Shown: positions 1-7,663 of the stretch, piece by piece | How positions within the stretch are numbered: position 1 is the stretch's first letter | Layout: each line of letters opens with the position of its first letter | Assembly: GCF_900162615.1 (NCBI RefSeq) | Contig: NZ_FUFN01000010.1 | Coordinates: 2,007,557-2,031,556 of the forward strand | Origin: Virgibacillus proomii | GTDB lineage: Bacteria; Bacillota; Bacilli; Bacillales; Amphibacillaceae | Direction: 5' to 3' | Length of the DNA stretch: 24,000 nt | Program-made: the position numbers and the translations under genes | Notes under the pieces: generated by a model | What the model saw: only the letters and a program-made list of their open reading frames with translations | Told to the model about the DNA's origin: nothing | Database searches by the model: none

Positions 1-500
1 AGTTAATGTCGTAAGCGAAACCCTACACCTTTATCTGTTCGAGTATCATTTGAACAGATGAAAGTATCACTTTCTATATCCTTTTCCCATTTCATCATGT
101 AAAAAGGATTTTGCTTATATTTTTTTTTCTTCTCTTTCCGATACATGCTATACGTAGTCAACGGGGTGCGCTTTCGGTTAACCATCACATCTTCGTAATT
201 TTGTTCACTTTCGTAGCCCTTAATAGTTCCAGATGAACAGTAACAGTCAACACTTTATCTCTTGCGCTTGGTTAGCGACGTAAAAAGCGGAGAACTCTGA
301 TAATGACTAGATAAAGAAAACATACCCTGCAACAAGGGGATGCCGATGACTGAGGGGCAAGCCGGATTTTAGTCGCCTTCCTTTAGATTCGAGCCGATGT
401 TGACTTATTATAGAAAGGAAATTCGAAGTTTGCTACAGATTGAGCGATCTTATGCTAAACGATGCTACGTTCACAAACGATGTCCATTATGCAAATGTAT
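1..500 (-). pseudogene. Decayed IS1182-family DDE transposase gene fragment; continues beyond the window start
   Basis: ORF 3..188 plus the frame-shifted reading just upstream gives ..SSGTIKGYESEQNYEDVMVNRKRTPLTTYSMYRKEKKKKYKQNPFYMMKWEKDIESDTFICSNDTR. This matches the remembered IS1182-family block ADAGYGSEQNY..ITYNMYLKEQKKKYKQNPF..W.YDEE.D..ICPN. Further upstream, ..YNKSTSA.. and ..GRRLKSGLPLS..VAGYVFF.. resemble the SKTDPDA and GQLKAGYNVQ blocks. Several stops and frameshifts are present (near 240 and 300, and a premature stop at 3-5). Confidence 0.6.
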
Positions 501-542
501 ATCGTTCCCTGGATATTAAATAAACGATAAACCATGCTAACG

Positions 543-1055
543 TCATTTTTTTAATTCCAAAAGTGCTTTTTCTTCGGCGGGGATGCGAATCGTAAGTAAT
601 AGGATATGCAAAATTGGAAAGACAATACCGGTAATATACGCATTAAACAGAAATGGAATGACCATTAATTCAATGCCAACAATAATATAATTAGGGTGTT
701 TCACATATTTATATGGCCCTTCTTTGACTAGTGAAAATTGCGGTGAAATAATAATTTTTGTATTCCAAAACTTTCCTAGACTAGTAATACACCAAATTCG
801 CCCTATTTGTGTCAGCAAAAAAAGAAGAAATAGTAAATAATTGAATTTGAAAGTTTGCTGGTTGTTTAACAATGCTTCTGCAAGTAACGAGACAAAAAAC
901 AGCGTGTGGACGATAATAAACCATTTATAATGATCTTCTCCTTTTTCCACTCCTCCCCGCTGTTTCAACCATGCTTCATTCCTTTTAGCAATTCGAAGTT
1001 CCAGCAACCGTTGTATGATAATTAGCAATAAGATCATCCACATATAAATAGGCAT
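543..1055 (-). CDS. bpsB: Isoprenylcysteine carboxyl methyltransferase-family membrane methyltransferase (BpsB/YpbQ-like), partner of the type III PKS
   Basis: 170 aa and multi-TM, with a KHPNY motif typical of the ICMT family. The ATG directly follows the bpsA stop (TAAATG). Size and position match B. subtilis YpbQ/BpsB. Confidence 0.8.
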   Translation of the reverse strand: MPIYMWMILLLIIIQRLLELRIAKRNEAWLKQRGGVEKGEDHYKWFIIVHTLFFVSLLAEALLNNQQTFKFNYLLFLLFLLTQIGRIWCITSLGKFWNTKIIISPQFSLVKEGPYKYVKHPNYIIVGIELMVIPFLFNAYITGIVFPILHILLLTIRIPAEEKALLELKK

Positions 1056-2144
1056 TTATGATTCCCACTCCAATAAAATCAACTCTGAACTAAAGCCTGG
1101 ACCAAGAGCAGAAATGATACTCTTTTCACCAGTTGGGATTTTTTCATTCATCCATTCTCGTAACACATATAAAACGGTACTGGAAGACATATTGCCATGT
1201 TTCTTTAATATTTCCCTCGAATAACAAAATTTTCTCGGATCGGCATGAAGCACTTTTTGCATCGCTTCAATAACTTTCCTTCCTCCCGGATGAGCAATAT
1301 AAGCAAATATATCGGCTTCTGTTAATTCATGATTAGCTAAAAATAATTGGATATGCTCTTTCCAAAATGACCTTACCAATGCGGGAATGCTTTTCGAAAA
1401 GATAACTTCAAAACCAGCATTTGTTACATTCCATCCCATGACGGAAAGACTATCTTTTTTCGTATACGTATGAGATTGCAATAATTTAGGTGCGCCCCCT
1501 TTTTTCTGTTTCACTAACGGCGACTGTGCTCCAACTGCTAATGCAGCGCTAATGCCATCCCCAAATAAAGCAGTACCAACTATATTGCTTTTGGTTACAT
1601 CCCCTTTTTGAAATGTTAAGCTGCATAATTCACAGCAAACAATTAATGCTGTTTTATCAGGATTAGCAGTTAACCAATCACGAGCTCTTGCCAATCCCCC
1701 AGCTCCTCCTGCACACCCTAACCCCCAAAGTGGCATTCGTTGTACGTCTTGTCTAAAGGGACGCTCATTCATAAAATGAGTATCTAAAGTAGGTGCAGCA
1801 ATACCTGTACTGGATACAAAAATAATCATATCAATATCTTGATAAGCAACCGTTTCTAATAAAAAATCAGGATTTGTCAAACAGTCATCCATTGCTTTTA
1901 AAGCATAATGTTTAGCTAACTTCATAAATAAATCATTACGCTCTTTAAATGAATGGTCTTCCAAGAACCAGGTCGATGGGACAACGAATTGCCGGTTATC
2001 AATTTGAGCATTTTCAAAAACAGGAAGTAATCGATTAATCTGTCGTTCCGAATTAATAAAAAGATGCTGTACCAGTTGCTTTACTTCATTTTGATTTAGT
2101 TGATATTTCGGGATTCCAAGCCCTACGGAACAAATATACGTCAT
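1056..2144 (-). CDS. bpsA: Type III polyketide synthase (chalcone/stilbene synthase family, BpsA-like)
   Basis: The protein has an active-site Cys context LWGLGCAGGAGGLARA and the C-terminal motifs HPGGRKV and GPGFS of type III PKS. Start moved to ATG 2144 (MTYICSVG), which has AAGGAG 8 nt upstream. The track start at 2177 has no SD. Confidence 0.88.
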   Translation of the reverse strand: MTYICSVGLGIPKYQLNQNEVKQLVQHLFINSERQINRLLPVFENAQIDNRQFVVPSTWFLEDHSFKERNDLFMKLAKHYALKAMDDCLTNPDFLLETVAYQDIDMIIFVSSTGIAAPTLDTHFMNERPFRQDVQRMPLWGLGCAGGAGGLARARDWLTANPDKTALIVCCELCSLTFQKGDVTKSNIVGTALFGDGISAALAVGAQSPLVKQKKGGAPKLLQSHTYTKKDSLSVMGWNVTNAGFEVIFSKSIPALVRSFWKEHIQLFLANHELTEADIFAYIAHPGGRKVIEAMQKVLHADPRKFCYSREILKKHGNMSSSTVLYVLREWMNEKIPTGEKSIISALGPGFSSELILLEWES

Positions 2145-2216
2145 TGTCAAATCTCCTTTAGTATTAGGCAATAGCATAAAATGACAAGATATTCTTTCCT
2201 TCCTGGTTATGTCGAC

Positions 2217-3716
2217 TTAAAATTGATACATAGCTGCATATTTTTGCTCTAAGTAATGAACGAGGTAATTAGGATTTAATGTTTCATTCGTTACGTCCTT
2301 TAAGATTTCTAATGGTTTTTTCATTTTTCCATATTGATGAATAGATGTGGCTAACCATTGGTTTATCTTCATAAGCTCACCAGATTGAATAATATCTTGA
2401 AGATTCAATTTTTCTGTTAATGTATGATAAATTTGAGCTGCGTACATATAGCCTAGTGCATAAGACGGAAAATATCCAAAATCTCCACCCGCCCAATGAA
2501 TATCCTGCAACACACCTTCTCGATCTGTAGGTGGAGTAACACCAAGATATTCTTTCATTTTTTTATTCCATAAGTAAGGTAAATCACTTACAGCTATTTC
2601 TTCGTTCATCAACGCTTTTTCCAGTTCATATCGAATAATAATGTGTAAAGGATAAGTTAACTCATCTGCTTCAATTCGAATGAACGACGGTTTTACTTCA
2701 TTAATTGACAAATAGAAATCATTTAGTGCCACTTGCTTAAAATGGTCTGGTGCATAGTTTAGGAATAAGTCGTAGTTTTTATTCCAAAATAGATCGCTTC
2801 TTGCTATTAAGTTTTCCCAAAATAAGGATTGTGATTCATGAATTCCCATAGAAGTTCCTGTCGCAAGTGGAGTCTTTGCTAAACGTTTATCAATGTTTTG
2901 TTCATATAAAGCATGCCCACCCTCGTGAATGGTTCCAAATACGGCAACACGAAAATCCGTTTCATCGTAGTTTGTAGTTATTCGTACGTCATTTTGATTA
3001 ATCGTTATTTCAAATGGATGAATGGTTTCATCTAAGCGACCTGCGTCAAAGTCATAACCCATTTGGTGTAATACTTCTTTTGTAAAGGCTTCTTGAGCTT
3101 CTTTTGGAAAATGACATGTTACTAGCTGTGGATTTGGCTTAACATTGCTAGCTTCTACTTTTTCCAAAAGTGAATGAAGTGATTTTTGTAATGTTGGAAA
3201 TACTTTATCAAGCGTCTTTGTTGTTATTCCTGGCTCAAAATGATGTAGTAACGCATCATAAATATTATCTTCATAACCCCAATATGATGCAAACTTACGG
3301 TTATAATCAACGAGCTTTTCTAAATAAGGCTGGAATAAGTTAAAATCCGCTTTTTCTCTTGCTGTTTGCCATACTGCTTCAGATTTAGACTGGGTAATCA
3401 TAAACTCTTTATACATTTCATGTGGAATTCTACGGTTTCTTTCATAATCTTCCTCACATACTTCAAGTGTTTTTTGCATGATGCTATCAGATGAATAAAT
3501 TTTCAGTTCGTCGATATAATATTTCATTTTATTTGAGGTTTTTAGCTTGTGAATTTTTCCACCTAGAAAACCAGCAACTTCTGCCCGTTGCTCAACCCCT
3601 TTTTTAGGTATTTTCGTACGCATGTCCCAATAAATAAGCATCAAAGCTTCTTGATAAGCGTTTATTTCCTCCAAGTATTGCTTAAACTGTTTTTCCTTTT
3701 CCCGTTTAGATTCCAT
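2217..3716 (-). CDS. ypwA: Carboxypeptidase Taq-type M32 metallopeptidase (YpwA-like)
   Basis: 499 aa with HEGGH (HEXXH), HPF, GIHESQS and IRIEADELTY motifs characteristic of M32. The ATG overlaps the ypsC stop (TAATG). Confidence 0.9.
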   Translation of the reverse strand: MESKREKEKQFKQYLEEINAYQEALMLIYWDMRTKIPKKGVEQRAEVAGFLGGKIHKLKTSNKMKYYIDELKIYSSDSIMQKTLEVCEEDYERNRRIPHEMYKEFMITQSKSEAVWQTAREKADFNLFQPYLEKLVDYNRKFASYWGYEDNIYDALLHHFEPGITTKTLDKVFPTLQKSLHSLLEKVEASNVKPNPQLVTCHFPKEAQEAFTKEVLHQMGYDFDAGRLDETIHPFEITINQNDVRITTNYDETDFRVAVFGTIHEGGHALYEQNIDKRLAKTPLATGTSMGIHESQSLFWENLIARSDLFWNKNYDLFLNYAPDHFKQVALNDFYLSINEVKPSFIRIEADELTYPLHIIIRYELEKALMNEEIAVSDLPYLWNKKMKEYLGVTPPTDREGVLQDIHWAGGDFGYFPSYALGYMYAAQIYHTLTEKLNLQDIIQSGELMKINQWLATSIHQYGKMKKPLEILKDVTNETLNPNYLVHYLEQKYAAMYQF

Positions 3717-4858
3717 TATGAACTCTCCCCTTTTATTTTTTGTCCGAAGTATTGATAATAATCGGTACGAATATAGCCATTAAATAGTTTTCTTTTTTTG
3801 GTAGCCTTAACGCCAAAGCCTTGTTCGAATTTTTCAAATGCGGTTAAAATATATATGCTCCAGCTTGGGTTTTCTTGCCATATAGAGCTGAGTTCTTCTG
3901 CTAATAGCTTAGCATTTTCCTGATCTCCAATCCTTAGTCCGTATGGTGGATTGCCAATCAGGTAGCCATTTGGTTCTTTGATGGTTAGATCCTTTAGCTG
4001 CATTTGTTTCCAAGTGATCAGATCGCCAAGACCTGCCTCCATTGCATTTTGGTTTGCGATTTCTACCATTTTATGGTCGATATCGGAACCAACAATATTT
4101 AATGGTTGATCATATTTAGCAAGATCTTCTGCTTCTTCAAAAGCTTTTTCCCAATGCTTTTGTTTCACCAATGTCCATTCTTCTGAGGCAAATTCTCGGT
4201 TAAATCCTGGAGCAATATTTTGCCCAATCAGCGCAGCTTCAATGGGAATAGTTCCTGATCCGCAAAATGGATCGATAAATGGTTCGTCAGCATGCCAATT
4301 CGTGAGTAAAACTAATGAAGCTGCAAGCGTTTCTTTCAATGGAGCTTCACCCTGACCGATTCGATATCCCCGTTTATGCAAGCCAGCTCCGGATGTATCA
4401 ATAGTCAGCGTGACTTCGTCTTTTAGCAAAGCGACTTCCACCCGATAAAGCGCTCCAGTTTCTGGCAACTTGGAGATCATACCATATTTTAATTTTAATC
4501 TTTCAACGATTGCTTTTTTGGTGATTTTTTGACAATCTGGTACACTATAAAGTTTGGAATGGACGGATTTTCCAATTATGGGAATTTGCCCATCTTCGGC
4601 AATATAATATTCCCAAGGCAGTGCTTTTGTTGCTTCAAATAGCTCATCAAATGTAGTTGCTTTAAATTTTCCGACAACCAATTTCACGCGATCGGCAGAC
4701 CGTAACCACAAATTGCAACGAGCAATTGCTGAAATTGGTGCATCAAATTGTACTTTCCCATTATCTACTTGAACTTCATATCCTAAATCTCTTACTTCAT
4801 TAGCAACTACGGATTCTAAGCCCATGGCTGCTGTGGCGATTAACGTCACTGTTTGCAT
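3716..4858 (-). CDS. ypsC: THUMP-domain class I SAM-dependent RNA methyltransferase (YpsC/RlmK-L-like)
   Basis: 380 aa. The N-terminus TLIATAAMGLESVVANEVRDLGY is close to B. subtilis YpsC. It carries a DPFCGSGT SAM motif and a GNPPYG catalytic motif. Confidence 0.88.
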   Translation of the reverse strand: MQTVTLIATAAMGLESVVANEVRDLGYEVQVDNGKVQFDAPISAIARCNLWLRSADRVKLVVGKFKATTFDELFEATKALPWEYYIAEDGQIPIIGKSVHSKLYSVPDCQKITKKAIVERLKLKYGMISKLPETGALYRVEVALLKDEVTLTIDTSGAGLHKRGYRIGQGEAPLKETLAASLVLLTNWHADEPFIDPFCGSGTIPIEAALIGQNIAPGFNREFASEEWTLVKQKHWEKAFEEAEDLAKYDQPLNIVGSDIDHKMVEIANQNAMEAGLGDLITWKQMQLKDLTIKEPNGYLIGNPPYGLRIGDQENAKLLAEELSSIWQENPSWSIYILTAFEKFEQGFGVKATKKRKLFNGYIRTDYYQYFGQKIKGESS

Positions 4859-4933
4859 AAAGAGCTGTCCTTTCTGTTATGTATTTGTTTTTTTAGTTTA
4901 TCACATCTTCAAGCATTTAATAAAAGGAAACAG

Positions 4934-5027
4934 TGAAACTTTATTCAAGGAGTGCTCTTCTTCTTGAAACAGTTGGTGTAGGCTAAGTTCCCAAACGTCC
5001 TTGAAAAACCACGGTGTATTGCTGCCG
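4934..5027 (-). repeat. R2 intergenic repeat, copy 1 (inverted relative to copy 2)
   Basis: The reverse complement reads cggcagcaatacaccgtggtttttcaaggacgtttgggaacttagcctac..gagcactccttgaataaagtttca. It is collinear with 7664-7781. Confidence 0.75.
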
Positions 5028-5123
5028 AAACATACTCTGTTTTTGAAAAAGAAAAACGCTTTTTCAGCGTGCGAAGTATTAACTATGTCCGGTTGTCCCA
5101 AACGAATTGGACATTTAGAGCTG

Positions 5124-5172
5124 TTTCTCTCATAAAGTCCGTATAATAATCAGATTTCTAAAATGAGAGAAA
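5124..5172. repeat. Perfect 10-bp inverted repeat tttctctcat / atgagagaaa with a 29-nt spacer
   Basis: Read directly: 5124-5133 tttctctcat and 5163-5172 atgagagaaa. ccgtat (5139-5144) and atacgg (5172-5177) form a second, interleaved pairing. Confidence 0.5.
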
Positions 5173-5211
5173 TACGGCTTCTTATAAAGATATTCACCAT
5201 GAAGAAATGGA

Positions 5212-5266
5212 TCACAAAAATAAAACAGTCTCATTAACTTCTATGATGTAGAAATTAACGAGACTG
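5212..5266 (-). terminator. Rho-independent terminator of rnpB
   Basis: The minus strand reads cagtctcgttaa-(17 nt loop)-ttaatgagactg, a 12-bp stem with one G.U pair, followed by ttttatttttgtg. Confidence 0.8.
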
Positions 5267-5292
5267 TAAATTATTTATTGTATATAAGAATT

Positions 5293-5697
5293 AGACCTGT
5301 TAAATACTCTATAAGCCATGTTCTGTACCATTGTACTACAAACGGTGGTCAGCCTCGTACTCCGGTTGCGATCATCTATCTACAAGCTTCTTAACTTGTC
5401 CCTCTTTCGGTTCCTATTCCCTACTAAAGGATGCCCCTACCATTATTTGGGTTGCTCACTCGTGGGGTTTACCTCGTTCCACCTGACTGGTTTCCCAATC
5501 AGCTTCGTCACTGTGGCACTTTAAAGGCAACTTCCATATTCAATTATGAACGTAGGTAGTTGTCCTGCCGTTAACCAATAAGTTTGATTACCTTGACTTA
5601 TGATTTCGTCAAGCACGAACACTACAAACATCGCAGTTTGTGTGAGCATGGACTTTCCTCTGTATTTGCATACAGCGATCACACGAGTATTTAACCA
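5293..5697 (-). ncRNA. rnpB: RNase P RNA, bacterial type B
   Basis: The minus strand contains GAGGAAAGTCCATGCTCACAC, AAAGTGCCACAGTGACGAAG, GGTAAACCCCACGAGTGAGCAACCCAAAT, GTAGATAGATGATCGC, GAGTACGAGG and ACAGAACATGGCTTATAG. These occur in the same order as in the B. subtilis 401-nt RNase P RNA. P1 pairs gttaaatactc (5' end) with gagtatttaac (3' end). The position between gpsB and ypsC matches B. subtilis. Confidence 0.95.
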
Positions 5698-5709
5698 TTA
5701 ACCTTATTA

Positions 5710-5738
5710 ATTATACCATAGATATTTTTCAGATTCAA
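5710..5738 (-). promoter_or_regulatory. SigA-type promoter of rnpB (TTGAAT-17-TGgTATAAT)
   Basis: On the minus strand, the -35 is ttgaat (5733-5738), followed by a 17-nt spacer and an extended -10 tggtataat (5710-5718). It lies about 13-20 nt upstream of the mature 5' end. Confidence 0.65.
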
Positions 5739-5750
5739 CAATACGTTTTA

Positions 5751-6065
5751 TTAGCTATCCGATTCTGCAAATTTTTTACCAAATACCGCTTTTTCCAAAT
5801 TGGAAAGTCGTTTTAACACATCATAATTAACCTGATGATTTGGAACAGCTTGTACGGACCTTGTTTTCGGTTGTTCTGCTGGAGTCTTTTTCAAACGATC
5901 AATTTCTTGTTGCAATCGTTCAATTTCCACTTTAAATGCATCATAATCCTGGATAATTATGTCTAAAAACTCATCAACCTCTTCCTGGTTGTATCCACGC
6001 ATTGCAGTTTTAAAATCTTTTTCCAGTATATCTTTACTAGTTAATTTCACTTGTTTCGAGCTCAT
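5751..6065 (-). CDS. gpsB: Cell-cycle/divisome protein GpsB (DivIVA-domain)
   Basis: 104 aa. [32 protein letters not shown] and the C-terminal [15 protein letters not shown] closely match B. subtilis GpsB. Confidence 0.93.
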   Translation of the reverse strand: MSSKQVKLTSKDILEKDFKTAMRGYNQEEVDEFLDIIIQDYDAFKVEIERLQQEIDRLKKTPAEQPKTRSVQAVPNHQVNYDVLKRLSNLEKAVFGKKFAESDS

Positions 6066-6164
6066 CTACGATCACCTCATGATATTCCATAATAAATTGG
6101 CTTTTTCGATTCTTTTTCCATTGTATGATACGTAATTTATTTTATGTTTACATTATTCTATTTT

Positions 6165-6193
6165 ATTATAGCATTAAAAGAAGAACGTGAAAA
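6165..6193 (-). promoter_or_regulatory. Candidate SigA promoter for gpsB (TTTTCA-17-TGcTATAAT)
   Basis: On the minus strand, ttttca (6188-6193) is followed by a 17-nt spacer and tataat (6165-6170), which is preceded by tgc. Confidence 0.35.
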
Positions 6194-6273
6194 ATGAATC
6201 TGTAGATCTAATATACATATGAAACAAGTATAGATAAATTTTTTAAAAAAGCAATACCTACTATATTACTATT

Positions 6274-6306
6274 TAAAAAAGAGAAAAACACACTTTGTTA
6301 AGTGTG
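6274..6306 (-). terminator. Rho-independent terminator (minus strand), ~300 nt downstream of cdd
   Basis: The minus strand reads cacactt-aaca-aagtgtg, a 7-bp stem (6289-6306), followed by tttttctctttttt. Confidence 0.65.
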
Positions 6307-6318
6307 CCTCCTATTACC

Positions 6319-6347
6319 ATTATAAATCATGTCGTTATATGAAACAA
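6319..6347 (-). promoter_or_regulatory. Near-consensus SigA-like promoter (TTGTTT-17-TATAAT) directly upstream of the 6289-6306 terminator
   Basis: On the minus strand, ttgttt (6342-6347) is followed by a 17-nt spacer and tataat (6319-6324). No ORF follows it before the terminator. Confidence 0.3.
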
Positions 6348-6435
6348 GCTTTGAGAAATAGATGTTAATACCGATCGAATTAAAATCTTGTGTAAATGAT
6401 GCAAATCCGTAAAAATAGCCACTCGAAAACTTTAT

Positions 6436-6572
6436 GCTGACACGTTTTTTCCTACATCAGATGCCGTAAGATTCGCATTTTAAGAGTTATACTGAAAATA
6501 TGAAGACGTCTAAGTGATGATTCAGGTCGAAGCGATACATCATAGAGAAAAACGCTCCTTGAATGACGTTTC
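6436..6572 (+). repeat. R2 intergenic repeat, copy 3 (diverged)
   Basis: cacgtttttt..gccgtaagattcgcatttt..gaaaaacgctccttgaatgacgtttc parallels the cacggttttt..gcctgcgaacttagccttt..gaaaaaatcgctccttgaatatagtttc of copy 2, but the middle part is longer. Confidence 0.4.
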
Positions 6573-6601
6573 TGCTTTTATCCCCTATTTAAAACATGCA
6601 C

Positions 6602-7012
6602 TTATGCTTTAGGTTCTGTTAAATCAGATGGCTGGAATGAAAAAGGTAATAATTCCTCCATCGTCACTGTTTTAATATCATCTTTTAGATTAGATAAATG
6701 AATAATCATATCCGTTTTAAAAAATTCGCTCATTACTTGTCGACACGAACCGCATGGAGGTACGGGGCGATCCGTATCAGCTACTACAGCCATTTCAGCA
6801 AAGTCCCTTTCACCGTTAGCGATTGCTTGAAAAATAGCAACCCGTTCAGCACAACAAGATACAGGATAGGCAGCATTTTCTATATTACAACCTGTGTACG
6901 TGTTTCCCGATTTTGTTCGTAAAGCTGCCCCGACCGGAAATGCTGAATAAGGTACATAAGCACGATTTCGTATCAATTTAGCTGCTTCTAACAAGTCATC
7001 TTTTGTTGTCAT
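6602..7012 (-). CDS. cdd: Cytidine deaminase (homotetrameric type)
   Basis: 136 aa from ATG 7012, with AAAGGTGA SD; the track start at 7021 is a GTG inside the SD. The motifs GCNIENAAY, CAER and PCGSCRQV are zinc ligands and active-site residues. The protein is near-collinear with B. subtilis Cdd (136 aa). Confidence 0.9.
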   Translation of the reverse strand: MTTKDDLLEAAKLIRNRAYVPYSAFPVGAALRTKSGNTYTGCNIENAAYPVSCCAERVAIFQAIANGERDFAEMAVVADTDRPVPPCGSCRQVMSEFFKTDMIIHLSNLKDDIKTVTMEELLPFSFQPSDLTEPKA

Positions 7013-7044
7013 GATTATCACCTTTCATTAGTGTATGGAAGCAT

Positions 7045-7073
7045 ATTATAAGCAATAAAACAAAAAATGTAAA
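7045..7073 (-). promoter_or_regulatory. Candidate SigA promoter of cdd (TTTACA-17-TATAAT)
   Basis: On the minus strand, tttaca (7068-7073) is followed by a 17-nt spacer and tataat (7045-7050). The -35 overlaps the yppE terminator stem. Confidence 0.45.
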
Positions 7074-7082
7074 GAGTTTACA
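7057..7082 (-). terminator. Small AT-rich intrinsic terminator after yppE
   Basis: The minus strand reads tgtaaa-ctc-tttaca, a 6-bp stem, followed by ttttttgtttt. Confidence 0.45.
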
Positions 7083-7086
7083 GATG

Positions 7087-7437
7087 CTAGTCTAATTCAG
7101 CCAACAATTGATCAAGAATATATAAGACAGAATGATTTAATTCCATATACCGTTTTCTTCGCACATCAAGGTAATAACTATGCATCAATAATAACTCCAT
7201 ATTCTCCCTAGTAGAAATAATCTGTTGTGGATGAATATTCACTTTTCTCGTTTTAATTAATTGGAGTACGTCTCTTTCCCACTGTTCAAGCAATTGAAAG
7301 ACTGGAGCGGTTTCATTCTTCACCTGGGAAAACAATGCTTTATCTTTTGGATTCTCCGGTTTTTCGCCTTTTTCAAATTTTTGCTTCAAGCTGTGAAAAT
7401 GTACTTTAAGTACTTTGGTTTGTTCGTTTACGTTCAT
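7087..7437 (-). CDS. yppE: YppE-family protein (DUF1798)
   Basis: 116 aa. APVFQLLEQWERDVLQLIKTRKVNIHPQQI..MELLLMHSYY....RKRYMELNHSVLYIL aligns by eye with the remembered B. subtilis YppE (..ELIKVRRPKYVHKEQI..LELVLQSYVHHIHKKRFKDITESVLYTL). Confidence 0.75.
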   Translation of the reverse strand: MNVNEQTKVLKVHFHSLKQKFEKGEKPENPKDKALFSQVKNETAPVFQLLEQWERDVLQLIKTRKVNIHPQQIISTRENMELLLMHSYYLDVRRKRYMELNHSVLYILDQLLAELD

Positions 7438-7663
7438 AACTCATTCCGCCTTTTGCTAAAATATACATATCTATTTTAACATAAGACATATTTTCTCGAG
7501 TATATGAATATCATCCAGAAACTTTTTTAAACGAACAGCCAAAGGATTAAACATATTCGTTTATTTATCCTGTATCTATAATGATATAAGAATTTCAAAA
7601 ATTAGTGGAAGATAACGGAACCTAAATATCCAATTTGTTCAAGTCGACAGGATAGAGAAGCTA

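Noticed and set aside
315-470. The repeat shared with 14745-14893 first looked like a structured RNA, such as a group II intron end or a leader.
   Set aside because: There is no GUGYG 5' end, no domain V-like helix and no consistent pairing. Broken reading frames matching IS1182 transposase blocks explain it better.
4901-5101. A 66-aa minus-strand ORF between rnpB and ypsC.
   Set aside because: It covers R2 copy 1. The frame is broken by indels and stops in the other R2 copies, and there is no SD.
5318-5524. A 68-aa plus-strand ORF.
   Set aside because: It lies entirely inside, and antisense to, the RNase P RNA gene. It has no SD and a low-complexity sequence.
6066-6601. A possible decayed ypsA pseudogene; the spacer length is close to the ypsA length.
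   Set aside because: Six-frame reading shows only a trivial GY..F...F.QD resemblance, at the wrong offset. No extended YpsA-like frame is present.
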